This document shows positions 58,564-64,000 of a stretch of DNA of 64,000 nt, in pieces. Positions within the stretch are counted from its first letter, which is position 1; each line of letters begins with the position of its first letter. The notes below the pieces were generated by a model that saw only the letters and a list, made by a program, of their open reading frames with translations, was not told the origin of the DNA and searched no databases. The stretch lies in contig OY969696.1 of the NCBI GenBank assembly GCA_963702005.1, positions 3,296,001 to 3,360,000 on the forward strand, given 5' to 3'. The stretch is from Candidatus Aminicenantes bacterium. GTDB taxonomy: Bacteria > Acidobacteriota > Aminicenantia > Aminicenantales > JAFGBC01. Position numbers and translations under genes: made by a program.

Positions 58564-59454
58564 ATGAAAACCCCGTTGTTCGGAATCTTCCCGGCGCTGA
58601 CGACGCCCTTCTCGGGCGACGCCGTCGCGCTCGACCGCTTCCGGGACAATATCCACAAGTACAACGAATACAGCCTGTCCGGCTTCGTCGTCCTGGGTTC
58701 GACCGGGGAGTGCGTCCTCCTCTCGGACGAGGAATCCGAACGCCTAGTCCGGACGGCCCGCGAGTCGGCCGCGGCCGGAACGAAGGTCATCGCCGGGACG
58801 GCCCGCGAATCGACCAAGCTCACGATCGAGTTCACCAATCGCTTGGCCGGGCTCGGGATCGATGCCGCCCTGGTCCGCCCGCCCGCCTATTACAAGTCCA
58901 AGATGGACCGCGAGGCGCTCCGACAGCACTACCTGACCGTGGCCGACCACAGCCGCGTCCCGGTCATCGTCTACAACATCCCCCAGAACACGGGGATCAC
59001 CCTCGAGACCGCTCTCGTCGTCGAGCTGGCCGCCCACCCCAACATCGTCGGCCTCAAGGAGAGCGGCGGCAACCTGGCCATGATCGCCGAGGTCCTCCTC
59101 ATGGTCAAGCCGGACTTCAGCTATCTGCTCGGCTCGGGGAACGTTTTTATCCCGGCCCTGGCGCTGGGCGCGAGCGGCGCGATCCTGGCCGTCGCCAACG
59201 CCGCGCCGGGCCTCTGCGCGGAAGCCTACACCCTTATTCTGGAGAAAAAGCTGGAGCAGGCCTTCGAGATCCAGAAGGCCCTCATCCCGCTCAACCGGGC
59301 CGTGACCGAGATCTACGGCATCGCCGGCCTGAAATATTGTCTCGACCTCCAAGGATTCCAGGGCGGGGCGTGCCGGATGCCGCTGGCCGACGTGCCCGAA
59401 AAAGGCAAGGCCGAGCTGCGCGGACTCCTCGAAAAGCTCGGCCTGCTGCGCTGA
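58564..59454 (+). CDS. Dihydrodipicolinate synthase family (HOGA-like) aldolase
   Basis: TPF, GSTGE, VYNIP, VGLKESGG. Confidence 0.9.
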   Translation: MKTPLFGIFPALTTPFSGDAVALDRFRDNIHKYNEYSLSGFVVLGSTGECVLLSDEESERLVRTARESAAAGTKVIAGTARESTKLTIEFTNRLAGLGIDAALVRPPAYYKSKMDREALRQHYLTVADHSRVPVIVYNIPQNTGITLETALVVELAAHPNIVGLKESGGNLAMIAEVLLMVKPDFSYLLGSGNVFIPALALGASGAILAVANAAPGLCAEAYTLILEKKLEQAFEIQKALIPLNRAVTEIYGIAGLKYCLDLQGFQGGACRMPLADVPEKGKAELRGLLEKLGLLR

Positions 59455-59476
59455 GCGGGCGGCTCTCGGGACCTTT

Positions 59477-61063
59477 TTAGAACATGCCCCGGGGCGGCGC
59501 GTTCGGGTCGAAAAATTTCCTGGGCAGCTTCTCGTCCCGCATGGCCGCGTTGTAGACGAACGAGGCCATGATCGTCGCCGCCTGAATCAGGTCCCCTCTC
59601 GAAACATGGTCGTAAACGTCCATGTTGGAATGATGGGTAAGCGTGTCATATTCCAGGTCATCCTGGATGAACTGAAACCCCGGCAGGCCGACCCCGTCGA
59701 ATGACAGGTGGTCCGTGCCGCCCGTGTTGCGGAGCGTCACGGTCGCCGCCCCGAGATCGGCAAGAGGCTTCAGCCATTCTTCAAAAATGGGGGCCGCCGC
59801 GACGTTGCCTTGGGCGTAGATGCCGCGTATCTTCCCGCTGCCGTTGTCGAAGTTGAAATAAGCCGACAGCTTGTCGTATTCCGGCTTTTTCTCTTTTTTG
59901 GCCCGGTCGTAAAAATGATTTTTGACGTACTCCCGCGAGCCGAAGAGTCCCTGTTCCTCGGCGTCCCACATGGCCACCCGGATGGTGCGCCGGGGCTGGA
60001 CGCCCAGGGCCTTCAAAATCCGGACGGCTTCCATGGCTACGGCGCAGCCGGCGCCGTCGTCCGTGGCCCCGGTGCCGGCATGCCAGGTGTCGAAATGGCC
60101 GCCCAGCATGACAATCTCGCCCTTGAGCTTCTTATCGACGCCGGGGATCTCGGCGACGACGTTCGTGCCCTGCGGATCGTCGTCCAAGAAACGGGCCTGG
60201 ACCTCGATCTCGATCTCAACCGGAACTTTCAGTTTCAGGATGCGGACGATCCGGTTGTATTCTTCGACCGAGACAACGACCGAGGGCAGAGGCTCGCTGG
60301 CGCCCTTCATCTGGGACCCGCCGCCCTGGACGAAGACCGTCCCGTCCTTTCCCCGGCTGGGCTCGAGCAAGACGGCCGCCCCTTCATCCTTGCAGAACTT
60401 GGCCAGCGCCATCTGAAGTTGTTGACGGGCCATCATCTCCTGAATGGTGGGCGCGCCCGGCGGCAGGGCGCCCGGCTCGGGAGCGAGGACGAGCTTCCTC
60501 AACTCATCATCCGACTGCCGGGCGGCGGCCGGGTCGAACGAGATCGTGGGCGGCTGTTCCCCGCGGGTCAGGATGATGGCGTCCTTGACCTTGCCCTTGT
60601 ATTTTTCGAGTTCCTGGACCGTCTTGACGTCGACCAGGACGGGATTTCCCTTGACGACTCCGTTCGTGCCGGGAGTCCACGCCTTGGGATAGGCGATCAG
60701 GGGCATGTACTGGGGAGAGATCATCGCGCCGTAGAACTTCTGAAGCTCCCAGCCTCGGCCGAACGTCCCCCACGGTTCCATTTTGGCGTTTGCCAGGCCG
60801 AGCTCCGTGAGCTTGCCCACCACCCACACCTCGGCTTTGCGGTATTGGGGGGATTCCGAAAGGCGGGGGCCGTAGACATCGCTGAGATAGCTCAGGTAGT
60901 CCATGACCTTGGAATTCTCGAGACCCTCTTTACGGATGCGCTGGACCATTTGCAAATCCACCTTTTCCTGAGCGGCGATTTGAACCGTGACCATGAGAAC
61001 CAGGATGACGACGGCAAGCCAACGCCCTGCTGAATTCTTATTCACCGTTTCCTCCTTAATCAT
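59477..61063 (-). CDS. Exported M28-family aminopeptidase
   Basis: GGHFDTW, GATDD, AEEQGL, TDH, HHSNMD. Confidence 0.9.
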   Translation of the reverse strand: MIKEETVNKNSAGRWLAVVILVLMVTVQIAAQEKVDLQMVQRIRKEGLENSKVMDYLSYLSDVYGPRLSESPQYRKAEVWVVGKLTELGLANAKMEPWGTFGRGWELQKFYGAMISPQYMPLIAYPKAWTPGTNGVVKGNPVLVDVKTVQELEKYKGKVKDAIILTRGEQPPTISFDPAAARQSDDELRKLVLAPEPGALPPGAPTIQEMMARQQLQMALAKFCKDEGAAVLLEPSRGKDGTVFVQGGGSQMKGASEPLPSVVVSVEEYNRIVRILKLKVPVEIEIEVQARFLDDDPQGTNVVAEIPGVDKKLKGEIVMLGGHFDTWHAGTGATDDGAGCAVAMEAVRILKALGVQPRRTIRVAMWDAEEQGLFGSREYVKNHFYDRAKKEKKPEYDKLSAYFNFDNGSGKIRGIYAQGNVAAAPIFEEWLKPLADLGAATVTLRNTGGTDHLSFDGVGLPGFQFIQDDLEYDTLTHHSNMDVYDHVSRGDLIQAATIMASFVYNAAMRDEKLPRKFFDPNAPPRGMF

Positions 61064-61081
61064 TTGGTATAGAGAGCCCCC

Positions 61082-63307
61082 TCAGGCTCCAATTTTGCCG
61101 CGGATGACGGTAATGGAGGCCTTCGGCAGCTCGTAGACGGTCTCCGTTTTTCCGGCGATGTGAGCCTTGACGGGGGGACCGTCCGGTTGCGCGTAGCCCT
61201 TAGCGCCGTCGGGGTGCCATTCGAATTGGCCGGCCCCGAACGTGATGAAATCCACCGATCCCGAGAAGAAGCGATCACGCTTCGCGTCCGCGTCATGGAA
61301 CGCGATCCTCAGGGGATGGGCGTTTTCGCGGTCTTTATTGATGAGGAGCAGCGACCACCGTCCTTCGGGACGCCCAAGGGCATAAGCCGTGACCAACAAA
61401 TTCCCGGCGGCGTCTCGCACGTCGCTGGAAGCGCGGAAAACCCGGTGGGGCGCATCGACGGGCTGGACCCACTCCAGGGAGACGAGCCGCGAGGCAAAGT
61501 ACTGGGCGTGGTATCCTTTCACCCGATAGTCCGCGTCCACGTTGAATAGGCCGAACGTCCCCCACGAGTCGTTGCATCCGGCCCGCAGCGGGGACGGCAG
61601 GTAATGGAAGAAATAGCTGGCGTCTCCGCCGGCCGTCAAGAACGCCCCGGTGTAGTCGGCGAACCAAAGACCTCCCAGGATATCCACGAACGTCAGGCCG
61701 CTTTGCCAGGAAAGGTTGACCTCGGTGACGAACATCGGGAGATCCGGCGGCAGCCCGTCGTCCCTCCAAACTTGAAGGATGTGGCTGATCAGTCGGGGCT
61801 CGTTGTAGAGGTCGTCCCAGGTCGTACGGCAAGGATCGTAGGGATAATGTTCAAAAGATAGGAACGCGAGGTCGTTCAGGCGTCCGCGCTCCTTCAGGTA
61901 ATCGATGAACCGGCCCAGCCAGGAGACCCTTCCTTCCGCGTCCGGCCAGACCTCCACGTCGCTGTTCACGCCTTCGAAAGAAGGTCCGCCCAGCTTCAGC
62001 GCCGGGTCGACGCGGTGAATGGCGGCGGCGAACTGAAGGTAGAGCGCGCCGTAGTCTTCGGGCAGCATGTACTGCCCGTCGGGCTCTTCTCCCAGTTCGA
62101 CATAGGAGACGGGATATCCGCGCTTCTTGATATAGGCCATCTGGGCCGCGGCGTCCTCGGGCGTGGAGTAGATCATCGCCACCGGAACCATCGCCGGAAG
62201 GCCGCGGGTGACGCCGCAGGTGTAGAACAAGTCGAACCCGACCTGATCGCCAAGTTTTTCGTCGAGGTCGGAAGCCTCATGCCAGGGATCGACGGAAGAG
62301 CAAAGCGTCGCGGTTTGTCCCCCGTCGGGAGAATGGCGGACGAGGTCCCGGAATCCGCCGTCCGCGGACAGGGTCCCGACGGACAATTCCCGGATCGCGT
62401 AGCCCGCGCTGTCGCGGGGATCGGCCGGACTCGACCCGAGACTCGTATAGGAAGACTCCGTCATCCAAATGCGGAGGTGCCTCGCCGGGATCGGTTCCGA
62501 AGCCAGGGGCAGCGTGACCGTGCCGCCGCGGCCCTCGGTCACCCTTCCCGTCGGGAACGTCTGCCAGACGCCGCCGGTCGGAGCCTCCAGCGGATCGCCT
62601 TCGCCCGTCCAGAATTGAACTAGGTAGCTCCGCGCGTAGGGCTCGGCCCAGTCGATCCTGACCGCGCCGACCTCCGTTTTTTCTCCCAGGTCGATCGTCA
62701 CCCATTGAGGGTGAAGTGCGTCGTCTTCTCCGGTAAATGCCCGGGTCAGATAAGGATTGCTCTTCCAGTAGGTGTCGAGGCTGCCGTCGGTCAGCCGGGA
62801 GTAGCCGCGCTCGGTGCCGCTGTTCCGCGTGAAGCCGCGGCGAGGGAGAGGGTAAGCGTAGGAATGGCGGATCATCTCCGCGGGTTCGGAGCTGCCCGTA
62901 AAATACCCTCGGCCCGCGGGATCGCTCCAGCTGCCCCGGGGATTCCAATGCCATGCTTCCACGTGGAGCTCGGTATTCTGGCGGTAGGATACGGTCTGCC
63001 AGCCCGCGGACAGGATGTATTTCAGAAAAGGCTCGTTGAGCAGGATATCGGCGGCTCCGGGCCTCAGCCGGTCGACGCCGGCGCCTAACGCTCGCACGGG
63101 GCTGAATGTGTTCAGGACGTGCGAGGGCGTGGAATCGACGACAACCCTGGGCACGACTTCCCTGGCCGGGCCGGCGTTCTTGGGCCATATAGCCGTTCCG
63201 AGGCCGCAAAGACAAAGTCCCGCGAGGGAGAGGTTCTCGAGAAGCCGGGCCGCGCGCCGAGGCTTCTCCGTTTCCGATCCTTTCCAGGCGCCGCTGACAG
63301 CGATCAT
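61082..63307 (-). CDS. Glycoside hydrolase-like protein with discoidin/CBM32 domain
   Basis: DGSLDTYW..QWVTIDLG, ELGEEPD, FEHYP, VTEVN. Confidence 0.72.
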   Translation of the reverse strand: MIAVSGAWKGSETEKPRRAARLLENLSLAGLCLCGLGTAIWPKNAGPAREVVPRVVVDSTPSHVLNTFSPVRALGAGVDRLRPGAADILLNEPFLKYILSAGWQTVSYRQNTELHVEAWHWNPRGSWSDPAGRGYFTGSSEPAEMIRHSYAYPLPRRGFTRNSGTERGYSRLTDGSLDTYWKSNPYLTRAFTGEDDALHPQWVTIDLGEKTEVGAVRIDWAEPYARSYLVQFWTGEGDPLEAPTGGVWQTFPTGRVTEGRGGTVTLPLASEPIPARHLRIWMTESSYTSLGSSPADPRDSAGYAIRELSVGTLSADGGFRDLVRHSPDGGQTATLCSSVDPWHEASDLDEKLGDQVGFDLFYTCGVTRGLPAMVPVAMIYSTPEDAAAQMAYIKKRGYPVSYVELGEEPDGQYMLPEDYGALYLQFAAAIHRVDPALKLGGPSFEGVNSDVEVWPDAEGRVSWLGRFIDYLKERGRLNDLAFLSFEHYPYDPCRTTWDDLYNEPRLISHILQVWRDDGLPPDLPMFVTEVNLSWQSGLTFVDILGGLWFADYTGAFLTAGGDASYFFHYLPSPLRAGCNDSWGTFGLFNVDADYRVKGYHAQYFASRLVSLEWVQPVDAPHRVFRASSDVRDAAGNLLVTAYALGRPEGRWSLLLINKDRENAHPLRIAFHDADAKRDRFFSGSVDFITFGAGQFEWHPDGAKGYAQPDGPPVKAHIAGKTETVYELPKASITVIRGKIGA

Positions 63308-63516
63308 GAAACCTCCTCGGCTTTTTTTTGCCGTCGGAAATGATATGTCCGATAAGCGAACGTTGTCAAACCGGATCGGCCGGCCGCGGGGCCGGAGCCA
63401 TCGACAGCCGAAATCATCCGCGGTGCCGGCCTCACTCGGGGCAAGGTGGATTTGCTTTACTTAACAGACGATTCTTGAGAATATAAAATAACGAACGTCC
63501 GATAAATTCATCATAG

Positions 63517-64000
<484 letters not shown>

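Overview
GC-rich bacterial chromosomal segment. Gene content (SBBP beta-propellers, ECF/HEAT operon, many glycoside hydrolases) suggests an anaerobic Acidobacteriota/Aminicenantes-like organism; this is inference only. Housekeeping blocks: gcvT-H-PA-PB followed by glyQ, argS, a Gld-like ABC exporter, mutY, fprA, serS with two tRNA-Ser genes, cobO and a dapA-family gene. The most interesting part is a lower-GC mosaic at about 8.3-18.3 kb. It contains an integron cassette array with no integrase in the window, three attC sites and two near-identical attI-like sites. Its cassettes encode a HEPN nuclease plus a Cas2/VapD-like small protein (candidate undescribed two-gene defence/TA system), a repeat-GIY-YIG nuclease and a small membrane protein. 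The same mosaic holds a 108-bp multi-hairpin element inserted exactly in frame in a GNAT gene. Other oddities: a Pif1-like helicase fused to a WYL-like domain, a DHH-like protein with permuted motif order next to a MutY with an intact Nudix box, a Tat-signal alanine racemase homolog, an apparently internally deleted DUF1846 gene, two secreted beta-helix genes each frameshifted at a 5-base C/G run, and GAATTC..GGGGACA REP-like repeats. All product calls come from motif recognition by eye; no database searches were run.
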